This document shows, one piece after another, positions 1 to 8,874 of a stretch of 64,000 nucleotides of DNA. Below the pieces are notes generated by a model. The model was not told the origin of the DNA. It did no database searches and saw only the letters and a list, made by a program, of their open reading frames with translations. Made by a program: the position numbers and the translations under genes. Origin of the DNA: Eubacteriales bacterium (GTDB taxonomy: Bacteria > Bacillota > Clostridia > Oscillospirales > CAG-272). The DNA lies in assembly GCA_045632145.1 (NCBI GenBank), contig JAZQWB010000005.1, positions 23,949 to 87,948 of the forward strand, given 5' to 3'. The stretch's first letter is position 1. Each line of letters opens with the position of its first letter.

Positions 1-15
1 ATTATCACCTTGGTA

Positions 16-46
16 AAAATGGGCGGATTTGCACCCGCCCATTTTG
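16..46 (-). terminator. Intrinsic terminator after the glycoside locus
   Basis: Hairpin aaaatgggcgg-atttgcac-ccgcccatttt just downstream of the stop at 58. Confidence 0.75.
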
Positions 47-57
47 TTATTTAGAAA

Positions 58-2529
58 TTATTTACCGATAACGATCATGTTGTACTGATTACCAAGAACG
101 TAGTTACGTCCGTTAACAGTAATAGTCTTCTTGGTTACCCAAGAGCTACCGGACTGACCGGAGGTGACAAGAAGGTCACCGCTGCCGCTTGCAACATTAT
201 CCCTGGGATTCCAGTTCTGTCCCTCAATGCTCATATGCATATAGATATTTGCACTTGCATTCTTGTCGGTAATATCGATGCTATAAGTTACGCTAGCGCC
301 ATCTCTTACATAAGTGTAGGAAAGACCAGCCTTGTCGTCGCCGAAGAATACAGCGGTGCTCTCATCGAATACGTAGCAGGTGAAGGTGAGCTTAAGAATA
401 GCCTTACCATTCTCCTCTACAAGATCGTATGCGGTAAGCTTCATTGTAGGCTCATTGGTAACGATCTCGATAGCAGGCATAGACCATGCATTGTAAATCT
501 TGTATTCCTTAGTGCCGATTACAATAGACTTGGTGGGGAAGCTTTCAGCATGGATATCACCTGCGTCAGTGTGACCTGCGCCAGTATAAAGAACTTCCAT
601 AATCTGAAGGTGAGGATACTTATTGCCTGTTTCATAATCGGTTACGTTAATCTTATAGGTTACAGTACCGTCAGCATTCTCGGTGAAGCTCTCCCAGTTG
701 AATACGGTAGAACCGTCAACTATACGGAGATACTCAGGATAGTAACCAACGAGCTTATAGGTGAAGGTCCAGTAAACCTTACCGTTCTCTTCAATAAGGT
801 CTGCGCTTACGGGAGTAGCGCTTGCAGGAGTACCCTCGTTCATAGTAACCATGGGAACGGGCATGCCCCACTTATCGCCGATAGTGAAGGTTCTGCCGTT
901 TACGCTGAGAGACTTGCCTTCCTGAACTGCGGAAGCGATAACGTCACCTGCGTTATTCTTATTGTTAACGTACCACTTGCCATCAGCCTTAATGTGAGGA
1001 TAAAGCTTATACTCTCTGGTAATGTCGTATCTAAGAGTAGTAACACCATCCTTTACGGAGTAGGAGTGAAGAGCATACTTAAGATCGCCGTCAGACAACT
1101 CAAGCTGATCAATGGTGTAACCATAAATGTTAGCATAGAGCTCGTAGTAAACATTGCCGTTCTCAGCAACGATGTCAGCATTAAGAACGTTAACGCTTCT
1201 AGCATGGATGCCCTGGTTAGACTTGATGCTCATGTAACCAACGTTAAGACCGCCGTGTGCGTTGATAGTACACTCGAAGCTGTGAAGACCAGCCTCAAGA
1301 GCAACACCATCGATAACGAAGTTCTGAAGGTTCCACCACTGACCGCCATCCTCAAGGGTAATACCGTTGATGTCAACAGGCTTGCCATCGATAGTAATGG
1401 TCATGTGAGCTGCCATATTAGCCATGGTAGAATTTGCCTGGGTAGCAGAATCCCAGTTAGAACATGCGATAACCCAGTTAATGTCAACGTAACCGTCCTG
1501 ATCAAGAACGAACTCGTATCTAACAGTTCTGCCAGCCTCGTCGAAGGAGCCGATACCGCCGTCATACTCGGTAGAAGCACTAACCTTATCACCTATAAGG
1601 GTTACGCCCCAAGCGCCGTACTTGCCAGCCTTAAGGATAAGCTCGTTAACTCTGTTAGATGCATAGCCGTTCTGGATAGAAGCCTTGTAGCCGGAAGCTA
1701 CGGGTGCGGGAACAGCAAGAAGCTCACCACAGCCTCTGGTACAGATCTTTGCAAAGCCGATAGAGGTCTCAGCGATCTCGGAGCTGAAGTCGTGGCCGAG
1801 AGCGTCGGTGTAATCGTCAACGTAGTCTACAAGACCACAGATACAGGTATAAGTAGTGTAACCATCGTTCTCACAGGTGGGAGCGGTAACTACAACTGCG
1901 GGCTCGTGCTTGGTAGCGGGAATAACTACCTGCTCCTCGTTGTAGGTACACTTCTTGCAGTACTTACCATCGGTAAGACCGTCAGTAAGACAGGTCTCAG
2001 CATAGCCGGCCTTAATTTCGAAATCGTGGCCGAGAGCCTCGGTAACAACTTCGCTGCAAAGTACGCAGTCAGCAGACTCGGTACAGGTAGCGGGGCTGGT
2101 TACAAGGTGGCCGATAGCAGGAGCAAACTCCTTGCCGCAGCCGTTCTCACATACCTGTGCAGTAGTACAGGTAGCCTCTGCGCCAAGCTTGTGGCCAAGA
2201 GGGCTGGTAGCAGTCTGCTTCTCAAGCACAAGGTTACAAGCAGAGCAATGTGCACCTGCGGTAAGACCGCTTTCGGTACAGGTTGCAGCAACTGCAGCGT
2301 CTTCCACTACGGTGTGGCCGGTTGCAGGAACTGTCTCAGTGTAGCTGTAGCCACACTCACAGGTGTACTTTGCGTCACCTGCCTCAGTACAGGTTGCTTC
2401 GATCAATACCTCAGACTTAAACTCGTGAACGTGTACCTCAGTCTCACCGCAAGAGGTAAGTCCGATTGTCACGCTAAGCGCAAGGGTAAGGAGAAGCATA
2501 ACCATGAGGATTGTTTTAATGTTTCTCAT
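58..2529 (-). CDS. Surface lipoprotein: His/Cys-rich repeats, CBM-like domain and three copies of an unrecognised ~120-aa domain
   Basis: Signal peptide with lipobox LTSC (aa 24-27). H..ATCT..CxxC..GH repeats at aa 33-267. Beta-rich domain ending LNVGYMSI. Three C-terminal repeats with Y(P/M)H..GD..(W/Y)xM. RBS AAGGAAGG. Confidence 0.8.
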   Translation of the reverse strand: MRNIKTILMVMLLLTLALSVTIGLTSCGETEVHVHEFKSEVLIEATCTEAGDAKYTCECGYSYTETVPATGHTVVEDAAVAATCTESGLTAGAHCSACNLVLEKQTATSPLGHKLGAEATCTTAQVCENGCGKEFAPAIGHLVTSPATCTESADCVLCSEVVTEALGHDFEIKAGYAETCLTDGLTDGKYCKKCTYNEEQVVIPATKHEPAVVVTAPTCENDGYTTYTCICGLVDYVDDYTDALGHDFSSEIAETSIGFAKICTRGCGELLAVPAPVASGYKASIQNGYASNRVNELILKAGKYGAWGVTLIGDKVSASTEYDGGIGSFDEAGRTVRYEFVLDQDGYVDINWVIACSNWDSATQANSTMANMAAHMTITIDGKPVDINGITLEDGGQWWNLQNFVIDGVALEAGLHSFECTINAHGGLNVGYMSIKSNQGIHARSVNVLNADIVAENGNVYYELYANIYGYTIDQLELSDGDLKYALHSYSVKDGVTTLRYDITREYKLYPHIKADGKWYVNNKNNAGDVIASAVQEGKSLSVNGRTFTIGDKWGMPVPMVTMNEGTPASATPVSADLIEENGKVYWTFTYKLVGYYPEYLRIVDGSTVFNWESFTENADGTVTYKINVTDYETGNKYPHLQIMEVLYTGAGHTDAGDIHAESFPTKSIVIGTKEYKIYNAWSMPAIEIVTNEPTMKLTAYDLVEENGKAILKLTFTCYVFDESTAVFFGDDKAGLSYTYVRDGASVTYSIDITDKNASANIYMHMSIEGQNWNPRDNVASGSGDLLVTSGQSGSSWVTKKTITVNGRNYVLGNQYNMIVIGK

Positions 2530-2626
2530 AATTTTTCCTTCCTTTTATATAAATTATTTTAGAGAAAACTTATTTGGGCTCTCCCACCCCGTAAGACGGG
2601 AGAGAAATTAAATCACTGTGTTTAAA

Positions 2627-4714
2627 TTATTTAACAACGAGTGTGGGCATAGAGTATTGTTTTACAATGGTATATGTCTTACCGTTAAGAGTTACGCTCT
2701 GACCGTCTACGAAGGTAAGACCTCTGTCACGGATATCACCGTTCTGGTTAGCGCCACCGTTATCATAGTTCGCATTTTCAACGGTCATATGAGGATAGAA
2801 GGTGCCTGCATTCATATCTGTAACGTCACACTTGAATACGAAGGTATCCTCGGTGAAGGTAGCCTCAAAATCAAGCTCAACAAGTCCGTCGAAGATTACG
2901 AAGTCCTCAGCAGTGTAGCCTGTGCTGTCACCCGCAAATACGTAATATACTTTGTCGTCTACAAGCTCAACATAACAATTAAGAACCACGAAGGACTTGG
3001 GTGCCACAACGGTACATTCAATAGTATCCTTTATAGAGGGGTTCGACTTAAGAGAAACCTCAATAGTATAGGTTCCTGCGTGGATGTAACCACCGTCGGT
3101 GTTACCGCTTACAACCTTAACGTCGTAAAGAGAAGGATCGATACCGATCTTTGCGCCACCGGTAATAGTACCTACAACAGAAACACCGAGATTGCTGATG
3201 GGCTGCTTATAGGTAAGCTTAAGTCCTTCATTGATCTCAAGAGACTCAACCTCGTAGGTATCTGGAACCTCGTTGCCGAGAGACTCGAAGGTTACGTAGT
3301 CGATGTTCATAGTAGAAGGAGACTCACCCCAGCAGTTTGCTGCGCCAGCGGTGCTCTTCTTGAAGTGGAACTCAACGATGTTGTCACCGGGATCAAGCTC
3401 AACACCCTCGAAGGTGAACTCATAGTAGATACCGTAAAGAGGAGCGTAGGATTCCCAAGGACCGCAGCCCTTAAGTACAACGGTAGTAGGAATCTGAACT
3501 ACTCTGCCGTTAACAGTAAGATCAAGAATAGTGTTGATCTGAAGAGGCTGCATCTGGTAGTTACCGGAAGAGCCTACAAGATAGCTGTTACCGCATCTCA
3601 TGGTGATGTTACCAACAGTGCCGGTAGCAGAGTTAAGAGTAAGTGTAAGAGAAGCCTCCTTGCCCTCAAACACAGCCTTGGAGAAGGAACCTGCGAAGGT
3701 AACGGTGTTACCAAGCTTGGTAATAGCACCGTCGATAACTGCGTACTCATCCTCGGTCTTCTTAGAGCCACCAACGATAACACCGTCCTCACCCTGAATG
3801 GTCTGACGAACAACAACCGCGGTCTTTACAGACTTGGTGGTATCTGCATTGTATGTAACGGTAACGCTGTATGCCTTACCGAACTTAGCCTTCTCAGAGG
3901 AGCCGATAACGGTGTACTCATTTGCAGAGAGGAGCTTTCTGTTGCCGCTCTCGTAAATAGCATTAACCTCTACCTGAGTCTTATCAAGTGTATCTCCTGC
4001 ATTAACAACAGCCTTATCGATAATTACGATATCCTTAACAGCACCGTTGTCAAGAGTGGTGGAAACACCGATCTCAACCTTAGCGGTCTTGGTAACCTCA
4101 CCGATGGTGTAGCTAACAACTACTTCCTTATCGGAGGTGGTAAGAACCTTAGTAGTATCAACAGAGTAATCCTCGGAGGAGAGAACCTTAGAGGAACCAT
4201 CGTTGTAGACAGCCTTTACGACCATACCGGAAGCATCAAAGGTGCTGCCTGCAGCATACTTAACTGTGTAGGGGGTGGTAACAACCTCGATACCCTCGAT
4301 AACTACGGGCTCGAGCTTTACGTTAACGGTTGCGGAAACACCCTTGAAGGTAACGGTGATGTCACCGCCGTGAGCATAGAAGTCATCGGGAGTGGTTACG
4401 GTGAACTTACCCTCTTCTACGGGCTCACTGTACTTTTCTTCACCCTTGATGTAGTTAGCAACTACGGTGAAGTGCTCAACCTTTGCATCAGCAAGGTCGT
4501 TTGCGAAATAACGAACACCCTCCTTGAGCTCTACTGTAATAGACTCAAGCTTGGGCTTTACAGCAGCCTGTGCATTTTCCTGCATCTGCTGCTCAACCTG
4601 TTCGAGATAAGCCTTATGCTCATTATAAGAATCTAACGGAATCTTTACCACGATTGCTGCGGTAATAAGTAATCCGAGTAAAAGAACGATTATTTCAATA
4701 ATCTTTCCAGCCAT
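2627..4714 (-). CDS. Membrane-anchored surface protein: Ig-like repeats, CBM6/35-like domain and one copy of the ~120-aa domain
   Basis: N-terminal TM helix. Big-type repeat (KYAAGSTFDASGMVVKAVYNDG). Domain ending MNIDYVTF. C-terminal YPHM..NGDI..YSMP. RBS AGGAGG. Confidence 0.8.
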   Translation of the reverse strand: MAGKIIEIIVLLLGLLITAAIVVKIPLDSYNEHKAYLEQVEQQMQENAQAAVKPKLESITVELKEGVRYFANDLADAKVEHFTVVANYIKGEEKYSEPVEEGKFTVTTPDDFYAHGGDITVTFKGVSATVNVKLEPVVIEGIEVVTTPYTVKYAAGSTFDASGMVVKAVYNDGSSKVLSSEDYSVDTTKVLTTSDKEVVVSYTIGEVTKTAKVEIGVSTTLDNGAVKDIVIIDKAVVNAGDTLDKTQVEVNAIYESGNRKLLSANEYTVIGSSEKAKFGKAYSVTVTYNADTTKSVKTAVVVRQTIQGEDGVIVGGSKKTEDEYAVIDGAITKLGNTVTFAGSFSKAVFEGKEASLTLTLNSATGTVGNITMRCGNSYLVGSSGNYQMQPLQINTILDLTVNGRVVQIPTTVVLKGCGPWESYAPLYGIYYEFTFEGVELDPGDNIVEFHFKKSTAGAANCWGESPSTMNIDYVTFESLGNEVPDTYEVESLEINEGLKLTYKQPISNLGVSVVGTITGGAKIGIDPSLYDVKVVSGNTDGGYIHAGTYTIEVSLKSNPSIKDTIECTVVAPKSFVVLNCYVELVDDKVYYVFAGDSTGYTAEDFVIFDGLVELDFEATFTEDTFVFKCDVTDMNAGTFYPHMTVENANYDNGGANQNGDIRDRGLTFVDGQSVTLNGKTYTIVKQYSMPTLVVK

Positions 4715-4809
4715 ATTTACTTTTTCCTCCTATATTATATTAATGAAGATTTTCTTATTGTGCCCTGCCCCTTAAGATCGGGGCAGGATAATTGTCGTCA
4801 AAAAGAAGA

Positions 4810-7800
4810 TTACATTCTTCTCTTAATGTCTCGAAGGATGAAGTAAGTCCAATATCCACATCCAACACCCACGATAATGTTAACACAAGTAAGTGCATCT
4901 CTCCACCAATACCATGTCTGAATGACAGTACCCATAACGATCTGCTCAACGTCTGCGCTCTCGTTGTACTCTGCATTAGCATGAATGGGGCTGAGGAACA
5001 TGTAAAGAACGTGGTGACAGGTTTCCTTAACCTGATTCTGAATACGGTTAGAATCATCGAAGCCGGTATCAAGACCGGTGTTACGCTGACCGAGGTTGAT
5101 ATCACCGCCTGCACGAACAGCATCCTCGATGGACATGAAGCTGGTAGACCAGGAGTCAACGTAGTCGGTTACAACAGTACCGTTGAAGCCCATCTCATTA
5201 CGGATGATACCCTGAATAAGAGCCTCGCTACCGCCGGTCCAAACGTTACCGATACGGTTATAGGAGGACATGATACCTACGCATCCGCCATCCTGAATAG
5301 CCATTTCGAAGGGAACGAGATAGATCTCACGGAGAGCCTGCTCGGTACACCAGGTGTACATGGAGTCACGCTCGTGCTCTGTCTCGTAAAGAACGAGGTG
5401 CTTAAGGTAGCAGTACTTACCGGTGTTGGTAAGACCGCGAACCTGCTCTGCAAGCATAGAGCCTGCAAGGAAGCCGTCCTCGGAGAAGTACTCGTAGTTA
5501 CGTCCGCCCCAAGCGCTTCTGTGAAGGTTAGCGCCGAAGCCGTAGGTACCGTCCATTGCGATACCCTGGGTGCTCATCTCCTTACCGTAGTTGATACCGA
5601 AGGAGTAAGCGATAGACTTGCTCCAGGTCTGACCAAGAACGGTTACGCAGGGGAAGCCGGTACCACGGGATGCACCCGCATTGAAGGAACGAACCTGTGC
5701 AGGACCGTCGTGGTCGGTAAGCTTGGGCTTACCAACAGAGTTGATCGCTGCATTACCGAAGTTACCTGCGCGAACAAGGTTAACTGCCTCATCAAGAGTG
5801 ATCTGGTTAAGAACTGCCTCCCAAAGAGGATGATTGTAGTCGGAGCCAAGTGCAAGACCAAGGCTGGTGATCTTGCCGTTCATATAAACCTTAGCCTTAC
5901 CGTCAGAGCCAACAGAGTCAGCATAGCTTACGCCGTCGTGCTCAAGCACGCCTGCGGGCTTGCCCCATACGGGCTCGCTATTATTAACGGGATTGCCGAA
6001 TACGTCGGTGGGGGCATTGTCCCACGCGCTTGCAGTATTCTTGTTATAGGTGTTGTGCTCCTTAACGTTGTCGGTCATGGTTCTGTCCGCAACGTCTGCG
6101 ATCTCATAAGGATCGGGGAAGTTAGCACGGGTGATGTAGCCGATGTTCTGGTTGCTGTCGCTACCGTCAAGGCTTACGCCATCGATAGCATCCTCACCGG
6201 TGAACTTATTGGTTACGGGGTTGCCGGTAACCTTATCGGTCTTGAAGTTGATGGTCTCGGAAACGTTGTAGGTGATAACACCGGGAACGTTCTTTGCACC
6301 GTTAGTAAAGTCAACGGTCTTAACGTTGTGAGAGTCGGTCATAAGCTTGATCTCGTACTTACCTGCATCAAGCTCGTAGCCCTTGTTGCCGTTGTTGTTA
6401 AGATCGTATGCATCGTAGCAAGCGAAATCGTCAACGTCAAGGGTAATAGCGATAACCTGCTTCTCACCGGGGTTGATGGTAGCGGTCTTTGCGAAGCCAA
6501 CAAGATTTACGTGAGGCTTCTCGATCTGACCTGCCTTATACTCGGGAGTGAGGTAAACCTCAATAACGTCCTTACCTGCAATTGTACCGGTGTTGGTAAC
6601 GCCAAGAGTAATTATAATCTCACTGTCTCTGTTGATTTCGGAGCCCTCTGCGAGAGTGATGTTCTCAACCTCCCAAGCGAACTCGGTGTAGGAGAGACCG
6701 TAGCCGAAGGGATACTGTACAACTGCGTTGTAGCCTGTAACAGTCTTCTTCTGATCGTTCTCATCAAGGATGTCTCTGGAGTAGTTCTGCCAGATGCCCT
6801 CAACGTCAGCGGTTTCATACCACTTGTAGCCGAGGTAAACGCCCTCAATGTAGTCGATGAATGCGGGAGCAGTACGGGTGGAAACACCTGCGTTACATCC
6901 TGCGCCTGTAGGATAAAGCTCGGAGCCGTTGGTGTAGTGACCGATACCTGCGGAGCTGGTACGCTTGAAGTTTACGTTAGAAGCCATATCGTAAGCGTAG
7001 GTGTCGGTGAAACGACCGGAGGGAGAAACCTCACCGTAAAGAACGGAGGGAATAGCCTCTGCCGCACGGGTACCTGTTGCGCCTACAACAAGACAAGCAT
7101 CGATGCCGGGAATGGTGTCAACGAAGTCAAGCTCCATTGTGTTGGTGGAGTTAACGATTACGATAACGTTCTCGTAGTTTGCACCAACGTAGGTGAGAAG
7201 CGCCTCCTCCTCGGTGGAGATCTCAAGATAGTGACGGTTGCTATCGGTAGGAGCATTAGTCTTATACTGAACACGAGTGGGGTCCTCGGTCTCACCTGCG
7301 TGACGGCCGATTACAACGAATGCAGTGTCAGAATAGTTCTTTGCATCGTCAAGGAGCTGCTGAGTATAGTAGCTCGCGTCGGAGATGCTGGGCTCTGCAA
7401 GCTTGTAGAAAGCATTGTAGAACACACCGATAGAGCCGGGGTCACCGAGAGGTGCAGCAAAGCTCTGGTACATGGACTGAAGGCTCTCGTTGTACTCAAC
7501 ACCGTACATGCCAAGTGCCTTAAGGAAGTCGATGTTCTCGTTTGCATTATTGTTCTCAGGAAGAACCTGACCGGAGCCGGAGCCACCGTATACCCAGTCA
7601 ATAGATGCATGACCGAATACGTTAACCTGATCAACAGCAGAAATGTCAAGAGGAAGCACGCCGTTGTTCTTTACAAGAACGCTACCCTCCTGGATGATCT
7701 GCTTAGAGAGCTCCTGTCCGCCCTGTCTAGCCTGGTTAATAGTATCAGTGCTCTGGGGGAAGGGGTGGAAGTTAAGCACTTCCTCAAAGTATGCCTGAAG

Positions 7801-7911
7801 ACCGTCGATGTTAGATGCCATCTGAGGCTCAAGCACGATGGTGTTACCTACTACAATTGCAGTAATAAGTATCGCGATGATAATCATTTGAATCAAATGA
7901 CCAGCTTTCAT
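4810..7911 (-). CDS. GH3 beta-glucosidase-like enzyme, permuted domain order, membrane-anchored
   Basis: GH3 C-domain first (EGSVLVKNNGVLPL; YPFGYGLSYT), then Fn3-like, then the barrel (DGPA, GGRNYEYFSED, KHL, VVTDY nucleophile). Hydrophobic helices at both termini. Confidence 0.9.
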   Translation of the reverse strand: MKAGHLIQMIIIAILITAIVVGNTIVLEPQMASNIDGLQAYFEEVLNFHPFPQSTDTINQARQGGQELSKQIIQEGSVLVKNNGVLPLDISAVDQVNVFGHASIDWVYGGSGSGQVLPENNNANENIDFLKALGMYGVEYNESLQSMYQSFAAPLGDPGSIGVFYNAFYKLAEPSISDASYYTQQLLDDAKNYSDTAFVVIGRHAGETEDPTRVQYKTNAPTDSNRHYLEISTEEEALLTYVGANYENVIVIVNSTNTMELDFVDTIPGIDACLVVGATGTRAAEAIPSVLYGEVSPSGRFTDTYAYDMASNVNFKRTSSAGIGHYTNGSELYPTGAGCNAGVSTRTAPAFIDYIEGVYLGYKWYETADVEGIWQNYSRDILDENDQKKTVTGYNAVVQYPFGYGLSYTEFAWEVENITLAEGSEINRDSEIIITLGVTNTGTIAGKDVIEVYLTPEYKAGQIEKPHVNLVGFAKTATINPGEKQVIAITLDVDDFACYDAYDLNNNGNKGYELDAGKYEIKLMTDSHNVKTVDFTNGAKNVPGVITYNVSETINFKTDKVTGNPVTNKFTGEDAIDGVSLDGSDSNQNIGYITRANFPDPYEIADVADRTMTDNVKEHNTYNKNTASAWDNAPTDVFGNPVNNSEPVWGKPAGVLEHDGVSYADSVGSDGKAKVYMNGKITSLGLALGSDYNHPLWEAVLNQITLDEAVNLVRAGNFGNAAINSVGKPKLTDHDGPAQVRSFNAGASRGTGFPCVTVLGQTWSKSIAYSFGINYGKEMSTQGIAMDGTYGFGANLHRSAWGGRNYEYFSEDGFLAGSMLAEQVRGLTNTGKYCYLKHLVLYETEHERDSMYTWCTEQALREIYLVPFEMAIQDGGCVGIMSSYNRIGNVWTGGSEALIQGIIRNEMGFNGTVVTDYVDSWSTSFMSIEDAVRAGGDINLGQRNTGLDTGFDDSNRIQNQVKETCHHVLYMFLSPIHANAEYNESADVEQIVMGTVIQTWYWWRDALTCVNIIVGVGCGYWTYFILRDIKRRM

Positions 7912-7943
7912 AATTACCTCCGTGAATATGTATTTTGTTTATA

Positions 7944-8567
7944 TTACGCCTCGATATTCTCCTGGATCTGGTCCTTGGGAGCGTCGGTGAAAATGATCTT
8001 GTTTACGAAGAAGAATACAACCATGGAGATACCGCCCTGGATGAAGGTGGTGAGAAGGTTGTAAACAACAGCGGGAAGGAAGTGAACTGCGATACCGGTC
8101 CACGCGCTGTTAACAGCATTAACGATGATGGTAACAACGATCCAAGCTACGAAGTAGATGGAGCCCTGGAATGCAAGGTTACCGTTGCTGCGGAAGGTGT
8201 ACTTTCTCTGCATGAAGAAGTTAACAATCTCACAGAAGAGAGAAGCAACAAGGAATGCGATAAAGTATGCGAAGCCACCTACGTCCTCACCGTAGCCGAT
8301 AACGTTGAATACGAAAGACTTATCGGTCATAGGAATGTCGAAGGTGATATTGGGCCAGCCCCAGCTGTGAGTGCCAAGGAAGCCGAATGCGGGAGTGAGG
8401 AAGGTCATGAGGAGCGCTCTCAAAATAGTAACAAAGTTACTAACAAGAACGAAAAGGCCTCCTTCTCTTACCCACTGAGAAAGCTTGGGATTCTTTGCCT
8501 CAAAGCCAAGCCACCAGTCCTTAAGCTTGTTGAAGATGCCAACAAACCAGTTTTTGATTGTGTTCAT
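7944..8567 (-). CDS. GtrA-like four-TM membrane protein
   Basis: Four hydrophobic segments; NFFMQRKYTF and FFVNKIIF motifs typical of the GtrA family. Start moved to ATG 8567, which has a GGAGG RBS. Confidence 0.65.
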   Translation of the reverse strand: MNTIKNWFVGIFNKLKDWWLGFEAKNPKLSQWVREGGLFVLVSNFVTILRALLMTFLTPAFGFLGTHSWGWPNITFDIPMTDKSFVFNVIGYGEDVGGFAYFIAFLVASLFCEIVNFFMQRKYTFRSNGNLAFQGSIYFVAWIVVTIIVNAVNSAWTGIAVHFLPAVVYNLLTTFIQGGISMVVFFFVNKIIFTDAPKDQIQENIEA

Positions 8568-8827
8568 AATGTCCTCCAAAATGTTTTTTTATTTTTTATT
8601 TTATATTATACAACCGCCCTTATTATAACACGCGTAAATTAAAAAGCAAGTGGGAAAATTGGCAAAATCTCCTATAAATAAAAAAACATTTTCAAAGTAT
8701 AAAATTTTTTCTCGCATTTTTGTGAATATTGCATAAATATTAAAATTTACAGTGCTCCTCCCCACCGATTTGAAGCCTGAAAAACCAACAGTACATTATA
8801 TATTATAGAAGGCAAGAAAAAAAGAAA

Positions 8828-8852
8828 AAGCGGTCAGAACGACCGCCTTTTC
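8828..8852 (-). terminator. Intrinsic terminator after the second GH3 gene
   Basis: gcggtc-agaac-gaccgc hairpin followed by a U-tract on the minus strand. Confidence 0.6.
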
Positions 8853-8874
8853 TATAAATATAGGTTATTAAATT

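Noticed and set aside
235..8064. Very long plus-strand ORFs (775, 672 and 1090 aa), and similar ones at 28796-30925, 38694-41018, 42041-44983 and 59181-60425
   Set aside because: They mirror real genes codon for codon on the opposite strand. The sense genes rarely use TTA, CTA or TCA, so the antisense frame lacks stops. They have no RBS or recognisable motifs.
8580..8830. Possible sRNA or operator in the 300-bp gap before the GtrA-like gene
   Set aside because: AT-rich with only weak palindromes (e.g. TTGTGAATATTGCATAA); no structure I can support
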